From Octopus bimaculoides (taxonomy: Eukaryota), in the NCBI RefSeq assembly GCF_001194135.2, contig NC_068997.1, positions 29,390,725 to 29,454,724 on the forward strand: DNA of 64,000 nucleotides, given 5' to 3'. Position numbers and translations under genes: made by a program. The notes under the pieces were generated by a model. The model was not told where the DNA came from. It was given only the letters and a program-made list of their open reading frames with translations, and made no database searches. Below, piece after piece: positions 53,601 to 63,632 of the stretch (its first letter is position 1; each line of letters begins with the position of its first letter).

Positions 53601-56600
53601 ATTTTTTCACAAAAAATGAATTCTTTTATGCGTCAATAAGTATATTAGTCACATAAAGTATGAGTGAAGCCATGATCTTAATGCATCTAAATATCGATTT
53701 AAATATATCATTCATTAGTTTGTTTTCCCATACTAACAGGTTTGGACAGGTGCCACAGTTCTTCTTCGTAAAACAGCAACAAGAGACTTCATGCCACTCA
53801 TGCTAAGGAGGTTATTTAGCCCTCTAGCATTCAGATCACTCTGTCAAATGCAATGTTTACTTATTCACATTGTTTTGAGTTAATCGGGCATTATCTCATA
53901 GCTTCAAGGTTTCGATAATGTGATTGTTATTTTATACGACATTTTCAGGTAGGTGTGATAGGCCAGATCTTGGAGGTTTGAATGTAAAATGGGTCAAATA
54001 TTTGGGCCAGAAATAGCCAATTTAAATACTAAATGGTTAAAGTAAAGGGTTCACTCTCCCTTGTGTCAGCTTGTGTGCAGAATTCCTACTTTCATAGATT
54101 AAGTCACCTTTGCTGTGGTTTACAGAGTGCACAAGTTCTTTGTCCCCTCTTCCTAGTTTTTGGCATTGTTTTCATGACTGGACACAACATATTGGAAAGA
54201 TAATGACATAAGTTCTTAACCTTAATATGTAATGACTTGCTTTATTGTAAACACTTTACTCTTAAATCTTCTTTACCTTTAAACAATGCTTTCATTATTT
54301 TACTAGAATGTGCTATCAACAGCTGGCCTTTGTCCATGACTGGAATCTCAAGTATAACACAGGTCAGATGGTCTAAAACACGGCCTTGTGTTTTCTATGC
54401 GATCGCTGATCACAGTGTTGTGTTTGTGTTTGACCTGCTGCAGCAGCATAACAAACCTGTTCATAAGAGAACCATTGAAAATAGGTAATTAGCTTGTAAA
54501 TAAATCTCATTTTGAAACAGAATCAAAACTTGGAGTAAAGATTATTTGCCAACATGACATGGCAGTCCTGGTTTAGGACGAATGTTGCTGTAATTTAGCC
54601 ATAGGAGGCATCATCTCCAGCTGGCTATACAACACGATCTGTGTCCTTATATTTTCAAACAAGAGAATCTAGCATCCCCACTCAGCTCAGTATCGTATAG
54701 CCAGCTGGAGACGATGTCTCCTGGGGCTAAATTACAGCAACATTCGTCCTAAACCAGGACTGCCATGTTATGTTGGCAAATAATCTTTACTCCAAAGTAC
54801 TTTATTTGTTGAATATCTCTCGTTGTGAGATTTACAAACAGTAATTTTCTAGAATCAAAACTTGTTTTGAAACCTTTTCAGGAAATCAGATAATACCATG
54901 GGCTACAAGTTAAGAAAGAACGTAACTTATTCCAGATAGGAGATCAGTTCTTATTTAATCATCATCATTTAACATCTGCTTTCTATGCTGGCATGGGTTG
55001 GATGGTTTGACAGGAGCTGGCAAGCCAGATGACTGCACCAGGCTTCACTATCTGTTTTGGCATGGCTTTTACAGCTGAAGGCCCTTCCTAACATCAACGA
55101 TAATTATTCAGAGCTGAAATATTTTGCTTGTAAAGAAAGGGTGAGAAGAAACGTCTCCTTTTGATGTGGCTCGAACAATGTAAAGCATAAGTTTCTTCCA
55201 GGAGAGACTGATAGCTCTAGCATGTGAAGTCGAAAGAATCTTTTGAACTGAAATTTGTTTCTGGGGGTCATCTTGTTGGAAGTTTTCTATACCAGAAACT
55301 CAGTCTTGTAATGATTCTGTTACAGAACAGAAACAAATGATAGAAGAGTTAGAACTTTCTCTCTCCCAATAGGAAGTTTCCCACTTCCTCTAAAAAGAAT
55401 GTAAAAAAGGTTAGCACAATTCTTGTGATATCCTGCATTTCAGGACTGGCTGACCAAAGCAGTCCCATGCAGTACTGTGTTACACTGATGTTAATACTGT
55501 TATACAATTGATATTCTTTAACATTACTGGATTGTCAGAACAGTAAATGTTCTTATTTTGGTGGAAGCAGCTGCCAAATGTATTTCTTTGGTAGTAGACA
55601 AGATATATATATTGAGATGAAGACGAATAAAGAAATTGTTTATCTTTTGCATAGGTGTAAATAAATAATGTTGGTGTGATTGGCAAAAAAACTGAGGAAC
55701 AAAAATAGCCATTCCTTTGAGAAGTCTAACAGAAGAATTGTATTGGGTGATTGGGAAGTTGTTGTTGACACATTGTGCAGTCTCGAAATGATTAGTTCTA
55801 AGTGCAATTTATACAAGTTGACCAGAATATTTGAATAATATTTACTTTAAGAAGTAAATACATTGAAGTGATTACAATGGCAACACAGCCTGGTTCCTTT
55901 GCTATGAACAATCTTTAACGACCGTCCACCCACTCTCTTTTTATTCCTTTAACTTAACTTCACCCATATATTTTATGTTAGTCTATGTGTTATTAACTTA
56001 AAACATAAGAGTCTGATTTTAATTTTTCATAAAATCCTACATTGAAAATGTTTTGTGAGAAAAGAAAGATATTTTAATGATTTTTCCAAACAATTTGTTT
56101 CTAATCTTTGGTTTTATATTTTCATTCACTTTTACAGAATCACTGCAATGGAAATATTTTGTCATTTAGATGACAAAAGTCATATAATACCAAATGAAAG
56201 AATGGTAAGGAAGTTTATTTTTTCTTGTTTTAAGTGATTCATTATATTCAAACTAAGAGCATTATGTAGATAGGAACTCAATGCAAAGCCAATACTGCAA
56301 ATACTTTCTTCAAAGAACTCCAGGTTTTCTGGTGTTCTTACTAATGTCACATCATTTCACATTTCACTTACATTGTAAGCTATACACATACATACACAAT
56401 GGACTTCTCTACAGTTCCAGTCAACCAAATTCTACCCATAAAGTACTGGTCAAGTGAAGGACATGCTTGCTCAAGGGGCCACAAATGTGGAGCCTTAGGG
56501 TTGCAATGAACATTTTTTTAAGCTCATTGCCATTTCTGACTTACACAAAGCTATTTCCTCCTAATAATGATTCCAAGAGAATTGTCAGGGTAATGTTGTT

Positions 56601-58919
56601 GCAATCTAGAGCTTGCCGATCTTCCTTATTTTGAATGCATACCAGTTCATAGTCAAAGAGACTCAGAGGCCGGCCTAGCTGTTGATGTTATAAATACCTG
56701 AATTTCTTACATGTAAAGATCCTTCCTGAATCAGATAGACACACAGGACTGGCTTCCTGGATTCTATAGCATAATATTCACCTCTGAGTGGACTGAAGCA
56801 AGAACACACCATATCAACCGATCCAAGAATCGAAACCCCAAAATCTTACAACCACAAGTCCAACACCGTAACCATTAACACACACACCTCCTCTTACATG
56901 TAACGAGCAGTAAAATAGAAATTAAAAATCAGTTGATATCTGCAACATAAATTCTTCTGTTTTGGCAATTCACTAACTTCATAATCAGAATATTGTCACT
57001 GTTTCCACATGTGCCTCCATTTCTCTCTCCCTCTGTTTGTCCAACCCCTTAATATAAGAAGCATCAAAAGCATTGGTATCATTAATGGGTCCTTTAGTTA
57101 GCTGAATGAACATAAATTTAACTACGTATAAACTGTCTGTGTGTGCTATTAGTTGATCAAAAAACCAAAACAGAAGCTTTGTAGGTTGCGCAGTTTAATT
57201 TCAAGCACCTATTAAGAATAGAGAAAAAGTAATACAAGCTGAGACTTGGGGCAACTGTAAGATTTAGAGTTCACATCCTGTTAGCTGTGATGTGATTTTA
57301 AACAAAATACTTAACCCACAACAATTCAGTCCACTTAACTTCGGGTATGTACCATTGAAGGGATAATTCACAACCTGGGAAGAGTAGCAGATGTAAAATT
57401 GACAAATGGTTTGTTTAGCCTGCAGTCTTTAATTTCCTGACCAATGAAAGCTGGCAGAATTGTTATTGCACCAGACAGACTGCTTAGCAGTATCTCTTCA
57501 GGCTCTTCTGCTTTCATCCTTTCAAAGTTAATAAAATAAGTTCCAGTTGAGCACTGGTGGGGGAGGGGGGGATCAATGTAATCAACTAACCCCCCCCCAC
57601 ACACACACATGATGCTGGCCTTGTGCCAGAATTTTAAATCTTTAAAGTGGTGAGCTGTCAATCATTATCTTGTTGGACAAAATACTTGGCAGCATTCCTT
57701 CTGACTCTATGTTCAGAGTTTAAATTCTGCCAAGGTCAACCTTTGTCTTTCTCCTTTTGAGAGTCAATAAAATAAAGGGTCAGTTGAAGATTATACTTAA
57801 TGTATTCAGCTTTTACCTGTTCTTCTAAAATCGCTGGCCTCCAGCCAAAATTTGAAACCATTCTATTTAATCTCCCTTGTGCTGGGCCAGGGAGAGATTT
57901 GGTTCACCTGCTTAAAGGCTTGAGATGAACACCAATCCCCTGATAAACAAACAAATCCATAAAGAAAAGGGAATAAGCAGTGTCACCATGGTTGAACTGG
58001 ATCCGGTTTGTTTTGTAGCAAATATCTAAATGTTTCTAATTTTATCATTGTGTAAAGCTGTTGATAAGAGCTTTGGTGGCTGACAGTCTTGCCATTATAA
58101 TAATGGAAGTGATTGCCTTAGAGGAAAGAGATACTATTTATAGTCCCCCACATCCCTCTCACAGTGCAGCACAGCCAATTCTGAGAGAAATAGAGATACT
58201 GGATCCAAGTACTCCCCTGGTACTTCATTTTAATGACTCCACCACCATCCCAGAAGGATGAAAGGCTAAGTTGGTCTCAACAGGATTTGAACTCAGAATT
58301 AAAAAAGCTGGAACAAAGACCACAAGTAACCTGGCAGAATCAACAGGTGGAAGTACCAGAGCATTGTTCTAACAGTTTTGCATTAACAAAGTTATTGAGG
58401 AAGTTTACTTTCACCATTGAAATACTTCTTATTTAAAAAAAGGTTTAGGGTTTTTTTGTTTTTTTTAACAGCAGTAGCTATTGTTATGGGTTGCATTTTT
58501 AATAGGGTGGAAACACTGAGCACTCAGGCCTATGATTAAAAGCACTCCAGTCTTACTGGTCATATCTTTTTGTGCATCTTGTACTACATTGCCCAAAATG
58601 TTCATCTTTTTAGATGGTAAGGTGCACTTTGAGGGAAATTATCTACTGTTTTTAGCAAGTTACGTTTTGTCTGTTTTGACTTGCCTGCAACTGCTTTATT
58701 TCCATTTTGCTGCACTAAATCTCATTTCCCTTTTTCAATCTCTATATTGTTAAATGCACACAATGTATCTTTATATATTTAATGATGGCCTCTTCTTTTC
58801 TTTCCCAGATTTTATGTTTGTCTTCTGGAAAAATTGAAATTCAAACAATATCTGCTTCCTTCTCACAACCTCAAGATTTAGAATGGGAATTTCTAGAAAA
58901 ATATTTGGAAAGATCTTGA
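11658..58919 (+). CDS. WDR60: Cytoplasmic dynein-2 intermediate chain 1 (WD repeat protein 60), 32 identified coding exons, about 939 aa; first exon unresolved
   Basis: Exons chained by hand with GT-AG sites and matching phases total 2820 nt and end in TGA at 58917-58919. The peptides match the WDR60 order of motifs as I recall the human protein: NDTWSSEELK, K/E/R-rich region, YADDFE/DYSDDF, YELYISNFGRANYKQAFVQT, DRDIQTEE, VMSVLLEE, then WD40 segments GVWDLKQPSKP, GSILVWDTRE, SFQLLSMD..INIWVVVEL, IDFSPF, GYSDGNIHLY, WSKTRPCVF. No database search was run. Confidence 0.95.
12130..12355 (+). mobile_element. RTE-clade LINE C-terminal fragment
   Basis: RLKGNDA...ELREKLGILGIRCKVQERR resembles the RTE ORF C-terminus. 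Confidence 0.6.
12961..13023 (+). CDS. WDR60: WDR60 exon 2: DDVKRSNREGSASRSKRHNDK
   Basis: ttattgtcag / aag|gtaaat, phase 0-0. Confidence 0.8.
13929..14316 (-). mobile_element. Family B CORE-type SINE
   Basis: Same modules as 8298-8652 with an internal (CA)n. Confidence 0.75.
14387..14473 (+). CDS. WDR60: WDR60 exon 3: TEKKDRMETMIQREKEKDFAAKKRELLRE
   Basis: cacttttag / gaa|gtagga, phase 0-0. Confidence 0.8.
14740..14876. repeat. (CT)n-rich polypyrimidine low-complexity tract
   Basis: Read directly from the sequence. Confidence 0.85.
15549..15629 (+). CDS. WDR60: WDR60 exon 4: EEEEKLRLKQERQAKREAKKLKSYNYK
   Basis: ctgcacacag / aaa|gtaagt, phase 0-0. Confidence 0.85.
15833..15973 (-). mobile_element. 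5'-truncated copy of the hammerhead-tailed (Penelope-like) repeat
   Basis: Reverse complement matches 52722-52860, including CCGATGA-aggctg..cagcc-AAAATAT. Confidence 0.75.
16753..16803 (+). CDS. WDR60: WDR60 exon 5: DDDVRSLQQEESSSYAK
   Basis: acttaatag / aag|gtaatc, phase 0-0. Confidence 0.75.
17874..17930 (+). CDS. WDR60: WDR60 exon 6: ESRKQKHEKKSKSHDIIES
   Basis: ttgttggcag / tcg|gtaagt, phase 0-0. Confidence 0.8.
18601..18863. mobile_element. Old hAT-like MITE remnant
   Basis: Ends CAAGGGTCCCCA...GGTTGAAGACCACTG resemble imperfect hAT-type TIRs; TSD degraded. Confidence 0.35.
19720..19776 (+). CDS. WDR60: WDR60 exon 7: RESEKKHRKQKESVKKNEE
   Basis: tcatttcag / gaa|gtaaat, phase 0-0. 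Confidence 0.8.
20907..20969 (+). CDS. WDR60: WDR60 exon 8: AETSRKREKKDSKSKHYRYEE
   Basis: ttctacag / gaa|gtaagt, phase 0-0. Confidence 0.8.
22496..22549 (+). CDS. WDR60: WDR60 exon 9: GNEKKSKEERKKENSETS
   Basis: ttcattgcag / tct|gtgagt, phase 0-0. Confidence 0.8.
22885..23030 (-). mobile_element. LINE reverse-transcriptase fragment
   Basis: SDVLINGTES..MGVGPQQGCVLS resembles the RT motif GVRQGCVLS. Confidence 0.5.
23784..23936 (+). CDS. WDR60: WDR60 exon 10: LRHHEKTVRY...DFPENT
   Basis: Long pyrimidine tract ending ctcttcag / aca|gtaaga, 153 nt open, phase 0-0. Confidence 0.8.
24018..24205 (-). mobile_element. Mariner/Tc1-type element 3' end
   Basis: TA|CAGGGTG terminus and transposase C-terminus RRFRSHLEAVVEANGDFVK* (stop 24138-24140). 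Confidence 0.7.
24918..25223 (+). CDS. ACYP: Acylphosphatase, 101 aa, intronless, nested in WDR60 intron 10
   Basis: MTEGLANLVSIDFEVFGIVQGVFFRKHT..GWVLNT..GTVKG..QG..GSPSSRID contains the G.VQGV.FR phosphate loop (catalytic Arg) and the GWV.N catalytic Asn. ATG in aacATGa context, TAG stop, AATAAA at 25365-25370. Paralog (ACYP1 vs ACYP2) not assignable. Confidence 0.93.
   Translation: MTEGLANLVSIDFEVFGIVQGVFFRKHTYEKAISLNLAGWVLNTYHGTVKGNIQGSEANVEKMKIWLSEVGSPSSRIDKCTFSNRQNIPCLEHKGFRIIKD
25856..25902. repeat. (ATT)n microsatellite. Others in the window: (TA)n at 1-24, about 42572-42603 and 62260-62291; (GTAT)n about 16680-16710; (CA)n about 23575-23603; (GAT)n about 39222-39254
   Basis: Read directly from the sequence. 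Confidence 0.9.
27398..29076 (+). mobile_element. RTE-clade LINE, internally deleted, with complete 3'UTR ending (GAT)n
   Basis: HRLVVSDF...RRRVWKLKD (end of endonuclease region), YQTAKREARRQV, HYERLLN, then jumps to HVVRMDEDSC..GRGRP; 3'UTR shared with dispersed family C repeats. Confidence 0.88.
29680..30189 (+). mobile_element. RTE 3'UTR copy (family C)
   Basis: GTGGCACGTAAAA(A)GCACC units, GTTAGGAAGGGCATCCAGCTGTAGAAA, (GAT)n tail. Confidence 0.8.
30380..30755 (-). mobile_element. Family B CORE-type SINE
   Basis: Near full-length; ends about 45 nt upstream of WDR60 exon 11. Confidence 0.8.
30799..30906 (+). CDS. WDR60: WDR60 exon 11: IKEASE...YDYADDFE
   Basis: ttttttaag / gaa|gtaaga; acidic DDFE motif as in WDR60. 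Confidence 0.9.
32036..32095 (+). CDS. WDR60: WDR60 exon 12: DYSDDFDESLSQSDSKENED
   Basis: tttttgcag / gat|gtaaaa. Confidence 0.9.
33170..33214 (+). CDS. WDR60: WDR60 exon 13: NNVRIPSATEKTDVE
   Basis: ctcttattag / gag|gtaagt. Confidence 0.8.
34437..34733 (+). CDS. WDR60: WDR60 exon 14: KTPTPPSPRE...YISNFGRANYKQ
   Basis: ctcttctag / cag|gtcttt (weak donor); 297 nt open; conserved LRKLIVLD and YELYISNFG. Confidence 0.9.
35352..35522 (+). mobile_element. Family C (RTE 3' tail) repeat
   Basis: Same 170-bp tail with (GAT)n. Confidence 0.8.
36367..36585 (+). mobile_element. Family A SINE
   Basis: Full head, B box and core. Confidence 0.85.
36882..36993 (+). CDS. WDR60: WDR60 exon 15: AFVQTGDDSIDRDIQTEE...WTQYP
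   Basis: atttccag / gag|gtaagc, phase 0-1; light-chain-binding-type DIQTEE motif. Confidence 0.93.
37121..37215 (+). CDS. WDR60: WDR60 exon 16: NQLNH...FDSVRLNKFLFHATR
   Basis: cattgtag / agg|gtaatt, phase 1-0. Confidence 0.9.
37453..37635 (-). mobile_element. Family C (RTE 3' tail) repeat
   Basis: (ATC)n followed by the reverse complement of the tail. Confidence 0.8.
37870..38290 (-). mobile_element. Two degenerate family A SINEs in tandem
   Basis: GGATGAAAGGCA..GAACTCAGAA motifs present twice. Confidence 0.6.
38368..38494 (+). CDS. WDR60: WDR60 exon 17: VMSVLLEEE...CPLFG
   Basis: tttctttag / gta|gtaagt, phase 0-1. Confidence 0.9.
39411..39496 (+). CDS. WDR60: WDR60 exon 18: QSVMYCCC...TVHNDIKMYK
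   Basis: gacatttag / aag|gtatgt, phase 1-0. Confidence 0.85.
40050..40126 (+). CDS. WDR60: WDR60 exon 19: AQTKDNINGRNFLGVWDLKQPSKPA
   Basis: ctttctag / caa|gtgagt, phase 0-2. Confidence 0.9.
41509..41584 (+). CDS. WDR60: WDR60 exon 20: ILSSESQISCCCFGPSSSKLTFAGC
   Basis: poly-T ccag / tgt|gtgagt, phase 2-0. Confidence 0.92.
42630..42998 (-). mobile_element. Family B CORE-type SINE
   Basis: Near full-length; ends just upstream of WDR60 exon 21. Confidence 0.8.
43036..43144 (+). CDS. WDR60: WDR60 exon 21: VDGSILVWDTREAE...HPAYNT
   Basis: ctgcttcag / ctg|gtaagt, phase 0-1. Confidence 0.93.
43700..44030 (+). mobile_element. Degenerate RTE LINE C-terminal fragment
   Basis: VHEKRLFWFRHVV...GS.KRDPNGRKQW resembles RTE RL.W.GHV...GRPK.W. 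Confidence 0.45.
44746..44818 (+). CDS. WDR60: WDR60 exon 22: GLMMFNSHQAPVQSICHVPRQSY
   Basis: ctctgttcag / taa|gtaagt, phase 1-2. Confidence 0.85.
45202..45252. repeat. Tandem repeat, 18-bp unit TTTACTGTAAGACTGTGG x2.8
   Basis: Read directly from the sequence. Confidence 0.9.
45295..45610 (-). mobile_element. RTE LINE 3' end (ORF terminus plus family C tail)
   Basis: Minus strand FRVLGLTE... then the tail; links family C to the RTE element. Confidence 0.75.
46758..46780 (+). CDS. WDR60: WDR60 exon 23 (23-nt microexon): LKDSRHL
   Basis: ttttggcag / taa|gtaagt, phase 2-1; required to join exons 22 and 24 in frame. Confidence 0.8.
46888..47262 (-). mobile_element. LTR-like promoter-bearing repeat, copy 2
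   Basis: 16/16 match TCACGTGACCTTATTA plus GATTGGTC and GTTTCACTAC shared with 5657-6122. Confidence 0.5.
47591..47655 (+). CDS. WDR60: WDR60 exon 24: LEPEVSFQLLSMDCIGHINIW
   Basis: atcttttag / tgg|gtaaaa, phase 1-0. Confidence 0.92.
48436..48554 (+). CDS. WDR60: WDR60 exon 25: VVVELTS...GLRPGSKVKLVQSS
   Basis: tacttgcag / gag|gtaact, phase 0-2. Confidence 0.93.
48617..49040 (+). mobile_element. Two tandem family A SINEs separated by (ATT)n
   Basis: Two heads, B boxes and cores. Confidence 0.8.
49529..49616 (+). CDS. WDR60: WDR60 exon 26: DPLCLSGIQT...PENPNEIYIATDT
   Basis: ttttacag / aca|gtaaga, phase 2-0. Confidence 0.9.
51325..51391 (+). CDS. WDR60: WDR60 exon 27: GHIVHSVRLGSIPYPRVHYPQK
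   Basis: ttattcag / aaa|gtaagt, phase 0-1. Confidence 0.9.
51743..51813 (+). CDS. WDR60: WDR60 exon 28: NGSCVLSEVLSIDFSPFKLPCFL
   Basis: ttttccag / ctg|gtgggt, phase 1-0. Confidence 0.92.
52541..52864 (+). mobile_element. Composite element: inverted tail copy + tRNA-like head + (AAT)n + hammerhead-like Penelope-type tail
   Basis: Arms 52541-52620 and 52780-52864 are inverted; A box TGGTGTAGTGG, B box GAGTTCAATTCC; CTGATGA at 52773-52779. Confidence 0.75.
53533..53578 (+). CDS. WDR60: WDR60 exon 29: TGYSDGNIHLYHTNR
   Basis: aatcaag / gtg|gtaagt, phase 0-1. Confidence 0.9.
54307..54484 (+). CDS. WDR60: WDR60 exon 30: CAINSW...WSKTRPCVF...FDLLQQ
   Basis: tttactag / tag|gtaatt, phase 1-2. Confidence 0.93.
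54530..54795. mobile_element. Fold-back element/MITE with 101-bp inverted arms and a 64-nt loop
   Basis: Arms 54530-54630 and 54695-54795, about 5 mismatches; no clear TSD. Confidence 0.8.
56138..56204 (+). CDS. WDR60: WDR60 exon 31: ITAMEIFCHLDDKSHIIPNERM
   Basis: cttttacag / atg|gtaagg, phase 2-0. Confidence 0.88.
58809..58919 (+). CDS. WDR60: WDR60 terminal coding exon: ILCLSSGKIEIQTI...LEKYLERS*
   Basis: tctttcccag acceptor, TGA stop; SG.I.IQ motif as in the WDR60 C-terminus. Confidence 0.9.
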   Translation: MLCLSSGKIEIQTISASFSQPQDLEWEFLEKYLERS

Positions 58920-59137
58920 TTACAACCGAAATGTTTTTATGAAATATATAATAATAAGAGGCAAATTATTCATCCTTTTATTTGTTCAACAGGCTGCAAC
59001 GTGAGAGTAATGCATGAACATACTGAATTAAATATCTTAAAATGATCCAATACAAAGAACTAAATATTTCATATCTAGATCCTGCTTGGATCAACATTTG
59101 CTTTTTGTCACCAGAGTCTATAAATTAAAGCACTAAT

Positions 59138-59143
59138 AATAAA
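59138..59143 (+). terminator. Candidate poly(A) signal (AATAAA) for WDR60
   Basis: First canonical hexamer about 220 nt after the stop; the 3' end is not verifiable because an N gap follows. Confidence 0.35.
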
Positions 59144-60448
59144 ACAGTCTGGTATCATGCCCCCTCCCACCCCACCCNNNNNNNNNNNNNNNNNNNNNNN
59201 NNNNNNNNNNNNNNNNNNNNNNNNNNNNNNNNNNNNNNNNNNNNNNNNNNNNNNNNNNNNNNNNNNNNNNNNNNNNNNNNNNNNNNNNNNNNNNNNNNNN
59301 NNNNNNNNNNNNNNNNNNNNNNNNNNNNNNNNNNNNNNNNNNNNNNNNNNNNNNNNNNNNNNNNNNNNNNNNNNNNNNNNNNNNNNNNNNNNNNNNNNNN
59401 NNNNNNNNNNNNNNNNNNNNNNNNNNNNNNNNNNNNNNNNNNNNNNNNNNNNNNNNNNNNNNNNNNNNNNNNNNNNNNNNNNNNNNNNNNNNNNNNNNNN
59501 NNNNNNNNNNNNNNNNNNNNNNNNNNNNNNNNNNNNNNNNNNNNNNNNNNNNNNNNNNNNNNNNNNNNNNNNNNNNNNNNNNNNNNNNNNNNNNNNNNNN
59601 NNNNNNNNNNNNNNNNNNNNNNNNNNNNNNNNNNNNNNNNNNNNNNNNNNNNNNNNNNNNNNNNNNNNNNNNNNNNNNNNNNNNNNNNNNNNNNNNNNNN
59701 NNNNNNNNNNNNNNNNNNNNNNNNNNNNNNNNNNNNNNNNNNNNNNNNNNNNNNNNNNNNNNNNNNNNNNNNNNNNNNNNNNNNNNNNNNNNNNNNNNNN
59801 NNNNNNNNNNNNNNNNNNNNNNNNNNNNNNNNNNNNNNNNNNNNNNNNNNNNNNNNNNNNNNNNNNNNNNNNNNNNNNNNNNNNNNNNNNNNNNNNNNNN
59901 NNNNNNNNNNNNNNNNNNNNNNNNNNNNNNNNNNNNNNNNNNNNNNNNNNNNNNNNNNNNNNNNNNNNNNNNNNNNNNNNNNNNNNNNNNNNNNNNNNNN
60001 NNNNNNNTTTGGTAAGATTGTTGTATCTCTGAGTCAGTGAAATATTTAGCACTTATATTTATAAAGCTGGCTGCCAAATACTTTTAAATGAAGATCTTTT
60101 ACAGAGTAATTTATGATTTGTGTGACAGCATAAAGAAATGACAAACTTGTAAAGAAATAATTGTTTATTTTGTTCATTCTAGAAAATGCAAATATTACAA
60201 AAGATGATGATAGAAAAAAATAGATAAAATAAGGTGAAGTAAATTTCACAAAATATGTCTTCGAAAAAAGAGGTATATTTTGAAGTGTATTGTCATTTAT
60301 TACATTTTATTTATAGATACAATGTTGAGAGGTATTAATCAACAAGAGAATGATTTCGGTAATAAAGGGGCAGAAACATGCCATATACTACAATAAAAAC
60401 AGACAAGACACAAATGGGAGAAATCTAGTAGTCTTTGGTGAGTTTGGT

Positions 60449-61956
<1,508 letters not shown>

Positions 61957-62252
61957 CTAAATATAAAAGAGTTAAAGTTTTCAGAACAATAAATACATTT
62001 ATATGACATGTACAGAAAAGTGGAAGCAGTAAATTAACCAGATTCTTAAAAAATAGACCTGTATTCCACAAAACCTCCAAGCTCCACCAGTTTAATTTTT
62101 TACTTCAGGAAGTATTTAACTCGCAATTTTCAAAATGTAATTATAGTTTATTAATTTGTAATTAAATGAGTTGAGTATGGAAACAATTGTAGGTAACAGA
62201 GAATTGACAATGTTAATAAATTGATATCTATCTGTTAAAATTCTCCATTTCT

Positions 62253-62302
<50 letters not shown>

Positions 62303-62799
62303 CTAAATAATTACTTTGTTAACAACACAAACTGATGGTCGCTTGGAAAAGTTGAAACAAGCTGATTAATCTCAAACATGATGGAAAGACTGAACAGTGG
62401 AAGATCTGAAATTTAGATCTGGCTAAACTGTTGAATTTATTCACACCTCTAGCCCAACCCCCATCCCCCTTACAAAACAAAAATCCACGACACTCACTCA
62501 AGTGATCGTTGGACTGACACTCAAATCCACGACACTCACCCTCTTGAGTATCGGCTAATATTTATGCCATGTTCAATACTCAAATCTGACAATATTGAAT
62601 TGTGAACTCTTATAGCTAGAATGAAAAAAAAAAAAATTTTTACGGTATGTTATTAAGCTTTCAACAGCTCTAAATATTATTTCTATATTGCTAGAAAGTG
62701 CAGTTAAAATTTTTCTATAGTTTCCTTCCTTCAGCCTTCTTTTCCTTTCAACCTTTAATGTCAAATATTTCTGTTTATTAAAATTTATACTAGTGTTGG

Positions 62800-63270
62800 T
62801 GCCACGTAGAAAGCATCCAGTTCACACGATAAAGTGGTTGGCATTTGGAAAAGCATCCAGCTGTAGAAACCATGCCAAAACTGACCTCGCCTGTGCTGGT
62901 GCCGCATAAAAAGCACTCAGTCCACTCTATGAGGTGGTTGGTGTTAGAAAGGGCATTCAGCCATAAAAACTGTACCAAAATAGACACAGTGTAGTCTTCT
63001 ACCTGGCCAGCTATTGTCAAACCGTCCAACTCATGCCAGCATGGAAGACAGACGTCAAATGATGATGATGTATATACATCTATGTGTGTCTATTATTGTG
63101 TCTGTCCCCACCATCTCCATTTGGTGTGTTTATGTCCTTGTGACTTAGCAGTTCGGCAAAAAGAGACCTACAGAATAAGTACTAAGCTTAGAAAAAAAAA
63201 ATAAAGATTTGTTCGACTAAAACCCTTCAAGTCAGTGCTCTAGCATGACCACAGTCAAATGAGTGAAACA
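62800..63270 (+). mobile_element. Family C tail followed by the family B 3' module
   Basis: GTTAGAAAGGGCATTCAGC...CCAGCATGG..(GAT)n, then TAACTTAGCAGTTCGGCAAAA-like module. Confidence 0.65.
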
Positions 63271-63564
63271 TTAAAGAAAAAGAAAATACAAACCTTTGTC
63301 TGCATAGCAAAAAGGGAAATTGAGAAACAGACGACCGCAGTAACAGCCATTGACATCAGAACAATGTTAGTGGAATGGAAACTGGGGGGAGGAAAAGAAA
63401 AAAGAAAAAAAAAAGGTGAAATTCAAGAGAATATGAGGGAGGGAGCAAAACGATTGCATAAGAAAATAACTGATATGCATCCTGACATTGCTAATGATAC
63501 AAGGAGAGACAGCAGAGTGGAGTTACTGTTGCTAATCAGTTTTGTTCAACTCTGCTTCAACAGA

Positions 63565-63632
63565 GAAGACATTGAGGTATCTGATTGATGCCTCGAGTGA
63601 AGACATTGAGGTATCTGATCGATGCCTCGAGT
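63565..63632. repeat. Tandem duplication, 34-bp unit x2
   Basis: GAAGACATTGAGGTATCTGA(T/T)(T/C)GATGCCTCGAGT twice, 1 mismatch. Confidence 0.9.

Noticed and set aside
59108-60077. Long ORFs spanning N runs (also near 2.0-2.4, 5.4-6.0, 7.8-8.0 and 27.6-27.9 kb)
   Set aside because: They are open only because of assembly gaps.
63565-63632. CRISPR-like repeats (also 45202-45252)
   Set aside because: These are adjacent tandem units with no spacers, there are no cas genes, and the context is eukaryotic.
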